A stretch of 64,000 bases of DNA from NCBI GenBank assembly GCA_964602845.1, contig CAZRSW010000010.1, forward strand, positions 1,076 to 65,075. Direction: 5' to 3'. This document shows positions 20,246 through 30,492 of the stretch, in pieces (position 1 is the stretch's first letter; the number at the start of each line of letters is the position of its first letter). The notes beneath the pieces were generated by a model, which worked only from the letters and a program-made list of their open reading frames with translations, made no database searches and had not been told where the DNA came from. The DNA comes from an uncultured Dehalococcoidia bacterium (GTDB lineage Bacteria > Chloroflexota > Dehalococcoidia > Lucifugimonadales > UBA826). A program made the translations under genes and the position numbers.

Positions 20246-21757
20246 ATGGCTGACAGAGGACAGGACATAGCGTCGGTTATAAAAAAACAGATCGAAGGAT
20301 TTGGCAAAGATCTTGGGATGGTGGATATTGGAACTGTGATCGAGGTGGGTGACGGTATTGCCAGAGTTCACGGATTGTCGGGAGTTGCATACAATGAGCT
20401 TGTTGAGTTTGACGGTGGGGTTACAGGAATGGCTCTCAATCTCGAGGAAGATAGCGTTGGTATAGTGATGTTGGGGGACTCTCAGCAGGTTAAAGAGGGG
20501 GTTCAAGTCCGGGGTACGGGCCGAGTTGTTCAGGTACCCGTTGGAGATTCGCTGTTAGGTAGAGTTGTTGATGGCCTCGGTAGACCTATAGATGGCAAGG
20601 GTCCGGTGGATTCAGAGGGATCCCGAGAGGTTGAAATTGTTGCTCCGAACGTTGCTATAAGGAAATCCGTGGATACCCCTGTTCAAACTGGCATCAAAGC
20701 AATAGATGCCATGATCCCCGTCGGCAGAGGTCAGAGAGAATTAATAATAGGTGACCGAACAACTGGTAAGACAACAATCTGTCTTGATGCAATTATCAAC
20801 CAGAAGGGTGGTGATCTAGCCTGCATTTATGTTGCCATAGGCCAGAAGATTGGGAAAGTGGCTCAGACGGTCGGTATACTCGAGCAACACGGAGCGTTAG
20901 ATCATACTATTGTCGTAGCAGCAACGGCTTCTGATCCTGCTCCAATGCAATATCTGGCTCCTTATACCGGTTGTTCGATGGCAGAGCATTACATGGCCCA
21001 GGGTAGAGACGTTCTCATAATATACGATGATTTATCCAAACACGCTTGGGCTTACCGTCAGATGTCACTCCTCCTCAAGAGGCCGCCGGGTAGAGAAGCA
21101 TATCCTGGGGATGTCTTTTATTTACACAGCAGGTTATTGGAAAGGGCAGCAAAGTTAGACGATGAACATGGGGGAGGTTCAATTACTGCTCTCCCGGTCA
21201 TTGAAACTCTGGCCGGCGATGTATCAGCATATGTACCCACCAACGTGATATCAATCACTGACGGACAAATTTACTTAGAGCCAGAATTGTTCAATTCAGG
21301 AGTAAGACCAGCAGTAAATGCAGGGTTATCTGTTTCTCGGGTGGGCAGCGCGGCTCAAACACGAGCTATGAGAGGTGTCGCAGGGCGATTGCGCTTGGAA
21401 CTGGCTCAATATAGGGAGCTGGTTACGTTTGCTCAATTTGGCACTGATGATTTAGATGCCGCAACTCGGAGGCAATTGGAAAGAGGACAACGAGGGGTTG
21501 AGATCTTGAAGCAAGGTCAAAATGAGCCGATTCCGGTCGAGCAACAAGTAGCAATTCTGTATGCTTTAAACAATGGATATCTTGATGATGTTGAGATAAG
21601 TAAGGTTCTAACGTGGGAATCTGCATTCCATTCATATATGGTTTCAAACTTTCATGATTTGCTAGGGAAGATTAGAGATGATGCTGATTTGTCTGATGAA
21701 AATGAGCAGACTCTTAACAGCGCTCTTGAGGATTTTAAATCGAGTGGGCTAGTCTGA
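20246..21757 (+). CDS. atpA: F0F1 ATP synthase subunit alpha
   Basis: Walker A GDRTTGKT. The start is placed at the ATG at 20246 (GGAG 7 nt upstream). The ORF-track start at 20234 adds 4 aa. Confidence 0.9.
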   Translation: MADRGQDIASVIKKQIEGFGKDLGMVDIGTVIEVGDGIARVHGLSGVAYNELVEFDGGVTGMALNLEEDSVGIVMLGDSQQVKEGVQVRGTGRVVQVPVGDSLLGRVVDGLGRPIDGKGPVDSEGSREVEIVAPNVAIRKSVDTPVQTGIKAIDAMIPVGRGQRELIIGDRTTGKTTICLDAIINQKGGDLACIYVAIGQKIGKVAQTVGILEQHGALDHTIVVAATASDPAPMQYLAPYTGCSMAEHYMAQGRDVLIIYDDLSKHAWAYRQMSLLLKRPPGREAYPGDVFYLHSRLLERAAKLDDEHGGGSITALPVIETLAGDVSAYVPTNVISITDGQIYLEPELFNSGVRPAVNAGLSVSRVGSAAQTRAMRGVAGRLRLELAQYRELVTFAQFGTDDLDAATRRQLERGQRGVEILKQGQNEPIPVEQQVAILYALNNGYLDDVEISKVLTWESAFHSYMVSNFHDLLGKIRDDADLSDENEQTLNSALEDFKSSGLV

Positions 21758-21760
21758 AAT

Positions 21761-22621
21761 ATGCCTAGTGTAAGACAGATATCACGTCGGATCCGGAGTG
21801 TGGAGAACACTGCCAAAATCACCAAGGCAATGTCGATGATTGCTGCGTCGAAACTTAGACGTAGCCAAGAGGCTGCCACAATGGGGAGATCATATAGGGA
21901 ACGTATGGCATCCATGGTGACAAACTTAATGGGTCAGTTGCATGATAAAGATGATATCCACTCTTTATTAACAGGGCGAGAAGTAAATGTGGCATCAGTA
22001 GTGTTAGTCACGCCTGATAGAGGCCTTACAGGAGGGTTGAATTCCAACATTCTTAGGGAGGTTGGAGACTATATAGAAAATCAAGGGGATTCAGTTAAAA
22101 TATTGGCTGTGGGCAAGAAAGGATCCGATTATGCGAGACGGGCGGGCTTAGAAGGGTTCGGTCAGTTTGTTGGGGTCGGTGATAGACCGAAATTGGAGGA
22201 CACACTTCCGATAACGGAAGCTGTCATTACTGAGTTTGTATCAGGTCAGGTCGACTCTGTTGCAGTGGCCTATACGAGATTTGTCAACACGACATCCCAG
22301 ATTGCGGTCGTTGAACCCTTGTTACCCATTGATCCTCACGATTTTGAGGATAATAACAACAGAGACTATATATTAGAGCCGGATGCCAGCGATGTACTGG
22401 CGAGGATTCTTCCACGATATGTTGGAACGATAATTCATCATGCCATATTGGAAAGTATTGCTAGCGAGCAGTCTGCACGTATGGTCGCTATGAATAATGC
22501 TACGGACAATGCCAATGAGATGGTGGAAGACCTCACACTAGTTATGAATAAATTGAGACAAGAATCCATCACTAATGAATTGTTGGATATAGTTGGTGGT
22601 GTCGCTGCGATAGAGAATTAA
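21761..22621 (+). CDS. atpG: F0F1 ATP synthase subunit gamma
   Basis: 286-aa ORF with an I.S..NT.KIT.AM..IAASKLRR N-terminus and an ITNELLDIVGG C-terminus. Confidence 0.9.
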   Translation: MPSVRQISRRIRSVENTAKITKAMSMIAASKLRRSQEAATMGRSYRERMASMVTNLMGQLHDKDDIHSLLTGREVNVASVVLVTPDRGLTGGLNSNILREVGDYIENQGDSVKILAVGKKGSDYARRAGLEGFGQFVGVGDRPKLEDTLPITEAVITEFVSGQVDSVAVAYTRFVNTTSQIAVVEPLLPIDPHDFEDNNNRDYILEPDASDVLARILPRYVGTIIHHAILESIASEQSARMVAMNNATDNANEMVEDLTLVMNKLRQESITNELLDIVGGVAAIEN

Positions 22622-22652
22622 GTAGATGTTTGTTAGGAATGTTTAGGAGTAG

Positions 22653-24038
<1,386 letters not shown>

Positions 24039-24084
24039 GATTCTTAGATATTGTCTACTAACACGTGTGCTAGTTTGAGGTCAT

Positions 24085-24339
24085 ATGAGAATAGAGATTG
24101 TCACCACAGAGGAAATTGTTTACTCCGGTAGTGCAGATGCCATTGTGGTCCCAGGTGTGGAAGGCCAGCTGGGTATACTTCCGCGACACGCCCCTCTGAT
24201 AACTGCAGTCGCCAAGGGCGAGGTGGTTGTGCGTGATCAAGGTCAAACTACAACCCTATTGCTCTCTGGAGGGTTTATGGAAGTTTTTGAAGATGTCGTA
24301 ACCATATTAGCTGATAGTTCTACGGGGATGGTTGAGTAA
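24085..24339 (+). CDS. atpC: F0F1 ATP synthase subunit epsilon (N-terminal beta-sandwich only)
   Basis: 84-aa ORF with GQLGILPRHAPLIT and GGFMEV motifs. It ends right after the beta-sandwich domain. Confidence 0.8.
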   Translation: MRIEIVTTEEIVYSGSADAIVVPGVEGQLGILPRHAPLITAVAKGEVVVRDQGQTTTLLLSGGFMEVFEDVVTILADSSTGMVE

Positions 24340-24442
24340 TTTTTGATACCGTATTCTGTGTATTATTTAACGAATTTCCGAGGATAACTTAGGAGCTTCC
24401 TTGTTTCTCCTGTCGGGACGTTGGAATTTTGCGAAGATGTTC

Positions 24443-24472
24443 TTGACTTGAATTTACGTGGATTGCTAAAAT
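24443..24472 (+). promoter_or_regulatory. candidate promoter with extended -10
   Basis: TTGACT (24443-24448), 18-nt spacer, TGcTAAAAT (24464-24472). It lies ~80 nt upstream of the citrate synthase ATG. Confidence 0.45.
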
Positions 24473-24554
24473 TGGGGGGATTTGTCGTCAAAAGGGGGGA
24501 GGTTAGGTGGTTGCCTAGGTAGCAGGCATATTACGTATAAACTGGAGGAAATTC

Positions 24555-25694
24555 ATGGTTGATGGGAAGGCTACTCTCCATAGGGGTTTAAGGGAAGTTT
24601 ACATAGATCGGACAAAGTCGAGTTTCATTGATGGTAAAGTCGGCAAACTCTTGTACCGTGGATACAACATTGATGATTTGGCGCAGAACTGCTCTTTTGA
24701 AGAAACAGTTTATTTGGTAATGAATGGGGATCTCCCAACTAGGCAGCAGCTGGAAAACTTTGATGAAGAGTTAAAACGGAACAGAAATGTCTCTGAAGAC
24801 ATAGTTCAGATCATAAATATCATTAAGGATGCCCATCCCATGGATGTGCTTAGGACGGCGATCTCTGCGATGGCTGCCTTCGACCCTGATGTGAATGATA
24901 ATTCAAAGGAAGCGACTTTGAGGAAGGGTATGCGTTTGACCGCCCAGGCTCCTAGTATTGTGGCGATGCACGCAAGGATCAGAGACGGAAAAGATCCTAT
25001 TCTACCTGATTCGAATTTGGGCCTTGCGGCTAATTTTCTGTACATGTTGTTTGGGGAGATTCCTCATCCCGAAGATGCTAAATTGCTGGATAGGGACTTT
25101 GTGCTTCATGCCGAACATGGTCTCAACGCCTCCTCTTTTGCTGCTAGGGTCTCTGCATCTACTGAGGCAGATCTTCACTGTGCAATCACTACCGGGATTT
25201 CGGTATTGAAAGGACCATCTCACGGAGGTGCAGCCGAATCTGTAATGCAGATGTCACTAGATATTGGAAGTGAGGAAAATGCTGAGAGTTATGTAAAGGA
25301 TACCCTTGGTAGTGGGGGAAGAATTATGGGTTTTGGGCATAGGGTATACAGAGCGGTTGACCCGCGATCGCTGCATCTTCAGGATGATCTCAAGGAACTC
25401 GGCTTGAGAAAGAACCAACCGAAATGGTACTCAATACTGTTGAAGGTGGTTGAAGTTATGCAGCCGTATGCGAGGAGAGGTATATGTCAGAATGTAGACT
25501 TTTTTTCGGGTGCGATGTATTACCTTCTTGATATACCTGATGACTTGTTTATATCAATATTTGCTATGGGAAGAGTGCCGGGATGGACGGCTCAAGTTGT
25601 CGAACAACTTGAACATAATATCTTATTGAGACCGAGGCTCTTATATGTTGGGGAAATGGATCGTACATTCGTTCCGATAGATGAGAGGGTATGA
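24555..25694 (+). CDS. gltA: citrate synthase (citrate/2-methylcitrate synthase family)
   Basis: 379-aa ORF with HAEHGLNASSF, GPSHGGA, GFGHRVY and NVDFFSG motifs. Confidence 0.9.
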   Translation: MVDGKATLHRGLREVYIDRTKSSFIDGKVGKLLYRGYNIDDLAQNCSFEETVYLVMNGDLPTRQQLENFDEELKRNRNVSEDIVQIINIIKDAHPMDVLRTAISAMAAFDPDVNDNSKEATLRKGMRLTAQAPSIVAMHARIRDGKDPILPDSNLGLAANFLYMLFGEIPHPEDAKLLDRDFVLHAEHGLNASSFAARVSASTEADLHCAITTGISVLKGPSHGGAAESVMQMSLDIGSEENAESYVKDTLGSGGRIMGFGHRVYRAVDPRSLHLQDDLKELGLRKNQPKWYSILLKVVEVMQPYARRGICQNVDFFSGAMYYLLDIPDDLFISIFAMGRVPGWTAQVVEQLEHNILLRPRLLYVGEMDRTFVPIDERV

Positions 25695-25706
25695 TGATTC
25701 TTAGGA

Positions 25707-25907
25707 GTGTATTTTAACACCAAACTGAAAGGGAAAAAATTGAGTGATCAAATACTAACAGAGTGTAATCATCATTGGGTGATAGACCAACCTAACGGGC
25801 CCACGAGTAGCGGTGTGTGTAAATTGTGTGGTTTAAGAGAGGAGTTTAAGAATTCGATGCCAGGCACGGGCTGGGATAGGAATAGTCAGGCTAAGAAGAC
25901 GAAGTAG
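25707..25907 (+). CDS. small hypothetical protein, zinc-ribbon-like
   Basis: 66-aa ORF with a GTG start. It has a C-x-HH ... C-x2-C pattern (TECNHHWVIDQPNGPTSSGVCKLCG). The start is uncertain. Confidence 0.4.
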   Translation: MYFNTKLKGKKLSDQILTECNHHWVIDQPNGPTSSGVCKLCGLREEFKNSMPGTGWDRNSQAKKTK

Positions 25908-26024
25908 ATAAGGTTACTTCTGATCAGGTTTGTATGTGACAATCCGTTGGGAGCTGGTGAAAGGTGGGTTTTGGATACTTTATTGGAGGGGCAGTAGTTG
26001 TCGATAAAGTAACGTTGAAATGAG

Positions 26025-27167
26025 GTGACAGCCGTATCTTTAGTGAGTGAGCTTATCAGGGAAAGGATTCGAAGGGATGGTAGAGTCCCTTTCAATGTTT
26101 TCATGGACCTTGCCCTATATTCACGAGATGGGTATTACCAAGATAGCCAGTTTCTGGGTTCGAATCGGGATTATTACACTAGCCCCAAAGTCCATCCTAT
26201 TTTTGGTATGTTGATGGCGATTCAACTGTGGGTCCTTTGGTGCCATCTAGGTAAGATCTCTAAGTTTCCTATAATTGAGCAGGGTGGTGGAGATGGGCAC
26301 TGGGCAGAGGATATCCTATCTTTTGCATCTATTGTATCTCCCGAGTTTGGTGAGGCGTTGGAATATGTGCTCATAGATCGGCATATTGTGATTGACACAC
26401 CCAATAATTTGAATCATTTAATAGCAAATAACATACCTTTGTTGGGCCAGAACGGAGTAGTTATTTCTAATGAATTGTTAGATGCTTTTCCTTCAAAGCT
26501 TTTTGAGATAAGAAATGGACGTCCTCTGGAGGTCTACGTGGGTCTAAATAAGGAAGACCAATTTGTAGAAATCTTGGATATTCCCGAAACAATTGTATTG
26601 GAACGAGCTCTATCCGAAATAAACGTTATGGAATTAGAGGGATATAGAGGTGGCTATAATACCGGTTTGGATAGCTGGGTAAATAATGTATCAGACGCTT
26701 TGAAAAGTGGGTTCGTTATTACGATCGACTATGGATACGATAGAGAGGTTTATTACTCAATGAATAAATCTAATCGTTTATTCCAGACGTATTACAAACA
26801 TGTCGATGGTGGTAGCCCTTATGAAAGAGTTGGGGATCAAGATATGACAGCACATATAAATTTTGGTGAATTGATTGACTTGGGAAGACTAGGAGGGTTA
26901 TCGCCGATTTATTATGGCACGCAAGCTGATTGGCTGATGCGGTTGGGTTTTCGTGACTTATATAATAGCTATATAGATAGATTACCTGAGTATAAGACTC
27001 GCACAGTGCGTTCAAGGGCTCTTATAGACTCAAATGGACTTGGTGGATTCAAGGTTCTAATTCAAGAGAAAGATACGGAACTGAAGAATGAATGTTTGTT
27101 ATTTTATAAAGACCTGAGGTTCTCGGATTGGGATCTCTTGCCCCTAGATAGTCGTTATTTGGTATAG
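26025..27167 (+). CDS. class I SAM-dependent methyltransferase (COG1565/NDUFAF7-like)
   Basis: 380-aa ORF with a GTG start. It has FMDLALY..DGYY, YYTSPKVHPIFG and VISNELLDAFP motifs. Confidence 0.8.
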   Translation: MTAVSLVSELIRERIRRDGRVPFNVFMDLALYSRDGYYQDSQFLGSNRDYYTSPKVHPIFGMLMAIQLWVLWCHLGKISKFPIIEQGGGDGHWAEDILSFASIVSPEFGEALEYVLIDRHIVIDTPNNLNHLIANNIPLLGQNGVVISNELLDAFPSKLFEIRNGRPLEVYVGLNKEDQFVEILDIPETIVLERALSEINVMELEGYRGGYNTGLDSWVNNVSDALKSGFVITIDYGYDREVYYSMNKSNRLFQTYYKHVDGGSPYERVGDQDMTAHINFGELIDLGRLGGLSPIYYGTQADWLMRLGFRDLYNSYIDRLPEYKTRTVRSRALIDSNGLGGFKVLIQEKDTELKNECLLFYKDLRFSDWDLLPLDSRYLV

Positions 27168-27542
27168 GGATGGGGTTATTTGACTGAGTGCACGGTTTAT
27201 TGGGCAGTCAGGCTGCAGTATTAGGGTATGCTGTGTGTCCGTGGTTATAAATAAAACCTGTGTGTGTAACCATCCCATGTTATGGACGGACAGATCGACC
27301 TCCAACCGCCTATCGGCTGCCCAAAGGCTCAACGATATTGATCTATTCGAAATGACATTCTGTTTTATGGTGTTGACGAATGGATAATGGCGGGCAAAGT
27401 GGTAAGAGAATTCTCCCGTGGTCTTATGTAAGTCATACCTCTTTCAAGCAGGTGTGAAGGTCCAGGCTTGCCAAACAAAATGCTGTTGATGTCACATCCA
27501 GGGATATTTTGATAGTGAATGGAAAACTTTTGTTAAGGGGTC

Positions 27543-28013
27543 TTAAATATTAGCTATTTCGGCTAATATATCCCTCGGATCTAGATCAGTTGCATTATCA
27601 TATATCTTTGAGAACCTTACAGTGCCTTGAGTGTCTATTATTATTATTGCTCTTTTGGGGGTGCCGCGCTCGTTGTCAAAAACACCATATGCTTTAGAGA
27701 CATCTCCATGTGGGTAAAAATCTGAGAGTATAGGATATGGGATTGACCCGAGAGATCCTCCGAAGGCTACCTGAGATGGTCTAGAATCACAGCTGATACC
27801 CAGAACCTGGGTATTCTTATCCTCGAAACCTGAATTGTGAATTCGGAAAGAGGATACTTGGTGTGTTCAACCACCTGTGAAGGAATATATGTGAAATGAA
27901 AGCACTACATTCTTTTCACCAGCATACTTATCAAGCCGGATAGGATCTCCATTGTGTGCCGGCAGTTCAAATCCAGGTGCTTTTGATCCGATTTTAATCA
28001 AAGTATCCACCAT
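27543..28013 (-). CDS. peroxiredoxin (AhpC/TSA, Bcp/PrxQ-like) with in-frame TGA at the peroxidatic position; candidate selenoprotein, or else a pseudogene
   Basis: AGGAGG lies 4 nt before the ATG at 28013. It is a single frame of 156 codons with one TGA at 27867-27869 in the motif SFTGG[TGA]THQ (family FTxxCTxE). Prx similarity is present on both sides of the TGA, and the frame ends at TAA 27543-27545. Confidence 0.6.
27818..27856 (-). promoter_or_regulatory. SECIS-like mRNA hairpin downstream of the in-frame UGA
   Basis: The hairpin begins 10 nt after the UGA. UAUCCUC pairs with GAGGAUA (7 bp), followed by an internal loop, then CC/GG plus GAAU/AUUC with an A bulge. The apical loop is UCACA. 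Confidence 0.45.
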
Positions 28014-28136
28014 GTACCTCCTGTTTATTCGTGGGGGAGTCGTTTTACAACGGATATCGTACCTTATCTAAATGGTATTAGCCATAAATATAGAAGGGAG
28101 TTTCTCCTTGTTGATCTCAGGATGTATTCCTCCTGT

Positions 28137-28514
28137 TCAAGCGGATATACCATCTTTAAAGGTTGCTATAGCACGGATGTGTTCATCAGGAAATTTCATT
28201 GCACAGTTCATGGTATTGATAGATAAATGCGTGGCCCCCAAGGCCTTCCATTCTTCGACATCACGCAACATTTCTCTAGATGGTAAGTCATTATAGTTAA
28301 CCCAACTGTCTATTTTTCTACCCCGTTCATGCAGATACATAGCAAGATTGTCCAGTAGCCTGTTTCTTGTACAATCCGGTTTCCTGTTGGTATCCAACCA
28401 TCGCCTATTTTTGTGATAAGTATCCCTAATAAATGAAAGATTATGGAATTGAGCTGACGGATGTGGGATAACAGAAACAATCCGATTAGCAGGGGATATT
28501 ATATATAAAAACAT
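28137..28514 (-). CDS. hypothetical protein; C-terminal part resembles the C-terminus of LLM oxidoreductases (possible gene remnant)
   Basis: 125-aa ORF starting 10 nt after the tRNA-Thr 3' end with no RBS. The tail SREMLRDVEEWKALGATHLSI...DEHIRAIATFKD resembles LLM C-termini. Confidence 0.35.
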   Translation of the reverse strand: MFLYIISPANRIVSVIPHPSAQFHNLSFIRDTYHKNRRWLDTNRKPDCTRNRLLDNLAMYLHERGRKIDSWVNYNDLPSREMLRDVEEWKALGATHLSINTMNCAMKFPDEHIRAIATFKDGISA

Positions 28515-28523
28515 TTCTATTTA

Positions 28524-28598
28524 TGGAGCCAACGGGCGGATTTGAACCGCCGACCTGCTGTTTACGAAACAGCTGCTCTGCCCCTGAGCTACGTTGGC
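28524..28598 (-). tRNA. tRNA-Thr (anticodon CGU)
   Basis: Manual cloverleaf: GCCAACG/CGUUGGC acceptor, GCUC/GAGC D stem, GCUGU-UUCGUAA-ACAGC anticodon arm, GGCGG-UUCAAAU-CCGCC T arm, encoded CCA. Confidence 0.9.
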
Positions 28599-28658
28599 AA
28601 CATGTTACCGTCTAGCAAATTATCTTAGCATAGCCCAAGATGGTGGCAGTCTTTTTGG

Positions 28659-30368
28659 TCATTGTTTTATTACTATCAATGAATCCTCTGATTTAGCTGC
28701 CTCAGAACCTTTGGACACGTCAACCCACTTCAGCAATATGGTGCCCGCTATAATTATCAAAAGTAGGGATGAAACTGCAATTCTCTGATCAAACATGCTG
28801 GTGAATAAGATATACATCGTAGGACCGATCACCGATGATGCCCTGCTCATGAATCCAAAAAACGAGAAAAATTCACCACTTCTAGTAAGGGGGGTTATCT
28901 GAGCAAATAGGCTTCGCGCAAGTGCTTGGCTGCCTCCCATAACAGTTCCAACCAAAACGCCAAGTATCAGCCATTGATAACCAGCTTCTAAGTTTAAGGG
29001 TGACCATATATTTGTCCTGACGAATGAAGGCCATTTATTGATAATATTGTTATCTAAGATTGCAGTATGGTTGACATTTATGGAGGTAAAACTATCGAGA
29101 GGACCTCCCCGGAACACAATTGAAAATCTCGAAAGTGCAGACTTGTCGACCTCGTTGAGTAACTTATGACTTTCAGAGGTGGTCAAGTATTTGTCTCCCA
29201 TTAACGGGCTGATACTAGTTTTCCAGTCATTATCGATCTGATTATTGTTCAGAGTGGGAGCCTGAGTTAGCTCATATTTCTGATAGTGATTGTTGTATGT
29301 TAGGCCATAGTCAAATTGAGTGTATTTCGATGGGACAAGAGGCGCTGTTGATATCCCAAATAACACTATAACGCTCCAACCAATGAGGGAAATAATGAGT
29401 GCTCTTTTTGTGCTTGTTAAATTGGAGGCCCAATTAAATACCATTGTTCCTGGAGCTGCTACAAATTGGATTATTAATATGGTAGCCATATTGAACACCA
29501 ACGGGACTCCCAAAGTTTCGGCCGCGAAAGCCCCAGCTATCCCCATGACTGTCTGAATACCATCGTTAAACAGCAGATAAGCTAGTAGATAAAGGATTAC
29601 GACAGGAAATTTAGCTATGTTATTGATCGAATTTATTAGTTCTACAAAAGATATTTTGATCAGTTTTGGCAAGGCTAATCCCCGTTGATCCATAGATATG
29701 TCTGGCTCTGGTACCACTTTCAAGGTCCAGATGGACCACCCAAACCACCAGATACCGATGGATGCTATACAGAGTCGTGTTACGAGATCTTCTTTGGCTG
29801 AATCTGACGCCTGCATTATTATCAGTAGATGAACAAGTAGTAATACCCCTCCTCCCAAATATCCGTAAGCAAATCCCCGACTGCTGACGTTATCAAGGAA
29901 TTGTCTAGGCGATATATGGGGAAGCAGGGAATTATAAAAAACTAACGCGCCGGCAAAACCAATATTCCCTACGATAAAACAAATTAAAAGCCATGCCCAC
30001 GCATGGGAAACGTAGGAAGAAAAGAAAGCTAGTGTTGTAAATAATGATCCTGCAAAAGTGAAGAATAATAGGAGGACTTTTTTCATTCTTCGACGGTCTG
30101 TTAACACGCCTAATACCGGACTGGCGATTGCGACTATTAGAGTTGATGAAATAATTCCAAAGCTCCATACCGAGCTCCCGGTAAAATTTGTACCCATAAA
30201 TAGAACATTGTCGCCAAAGGAGTTTCGGAAAGACAAGATGAAGTAGACGGGAAAAATTGCTGCTATCCCGCTTGTTGCATAGGCGGAATTGGCCCAGTCG
30301 TACATGCACCAAGCTCGTATTATTTTGCGTCTTCGGCGGCTTAAATTGTTAAATTTATTGGATTCCAT
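28659..30368 (-). CDS. MFS transporter, UMF1/Atg22-like family, with large extracytoplasmic insertion
   Basis: 569-aa ORF with CMYDWANSAYATS at the N-terminus and 12 predicted TM segments. A ~120-aa hydrophilic loop lies between TM9 and TM10. Confidence 0.8.
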   Translation of the reverse strand: MESNKFNNLSRRRRKIIRAWCMYDWANSAYATSGIAAIFPVYFILSFRNSFGDNVLFMGTNFTGSSVWSFGIISSTLIVAIASPVLGVLTDRRRMKKVLLLFFTFAGSLFTTLAFFSSYVSHAWAWLLICFIVGNIGFAGALVFYNSLLPHISPRQFLDNVSSRGFAYGYLGGGVLLLVHLLIIMQASDSAKEDLVTRLCIASIGIWWFGWSIWTLKVVPEPDISMDQRGLALPKLIKISFVELINSINNIAKFPVVILYLLAYLLFNDGIQTVMGIAGAFAAETLGVPLVFNMATILIIQFVAAPGTMVFNWASNLTSTKRALIISLIGWSVIVLFGISTAPLVPSKYTQFDYGLTYNNHYQKYELTQAPTLNNNQIDNDWKTSISPLMGDKYLTTSESHKLLNEVDKSALSRFSIVFRGGPLDSFTSINVNHTAILDNNIINKWPSFVRTNIWSPLNLEAGYQWLILGVLVGTVMGGSQALARSLFAQITPLTRSGEFFSFFGFMSRASSVIGPTMYILFTSMFDQRIAVSSLLLIIIAGTILLKWVDVSKGSEAAKSEDSLIVIKQ

Positions 30369-30492
30369 AAGTCTCTACTAAACATGGACTGTGATGAACG
30401 GGATTTGGGACGGCTGATTCTGATATCTATGCTACATTGATAGTGTTATTAGTTCTAGTCATTATTTTGATCGAAACGAGAGGTGATTAAGT

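Noticed and set aside
27433-27457. A hairpin, UCAUACCU-CUUUCAAGC-AGGUGUGA, displays UCA in a U-U-UCA-A-G loop. It looks like a tRNA-Sec/opal-suppressor anticodon arm and lies only 100 nt from the candidate selenoprotein gene.
   Set aside because: There is no cloverleaf around it. It has no GTTCRANTC T-loop, no acceptor stem with a 3' CCA partner and no D arm. The stem is 8 bp with a C-C mismatch at the loop. This is most likely coincidence.
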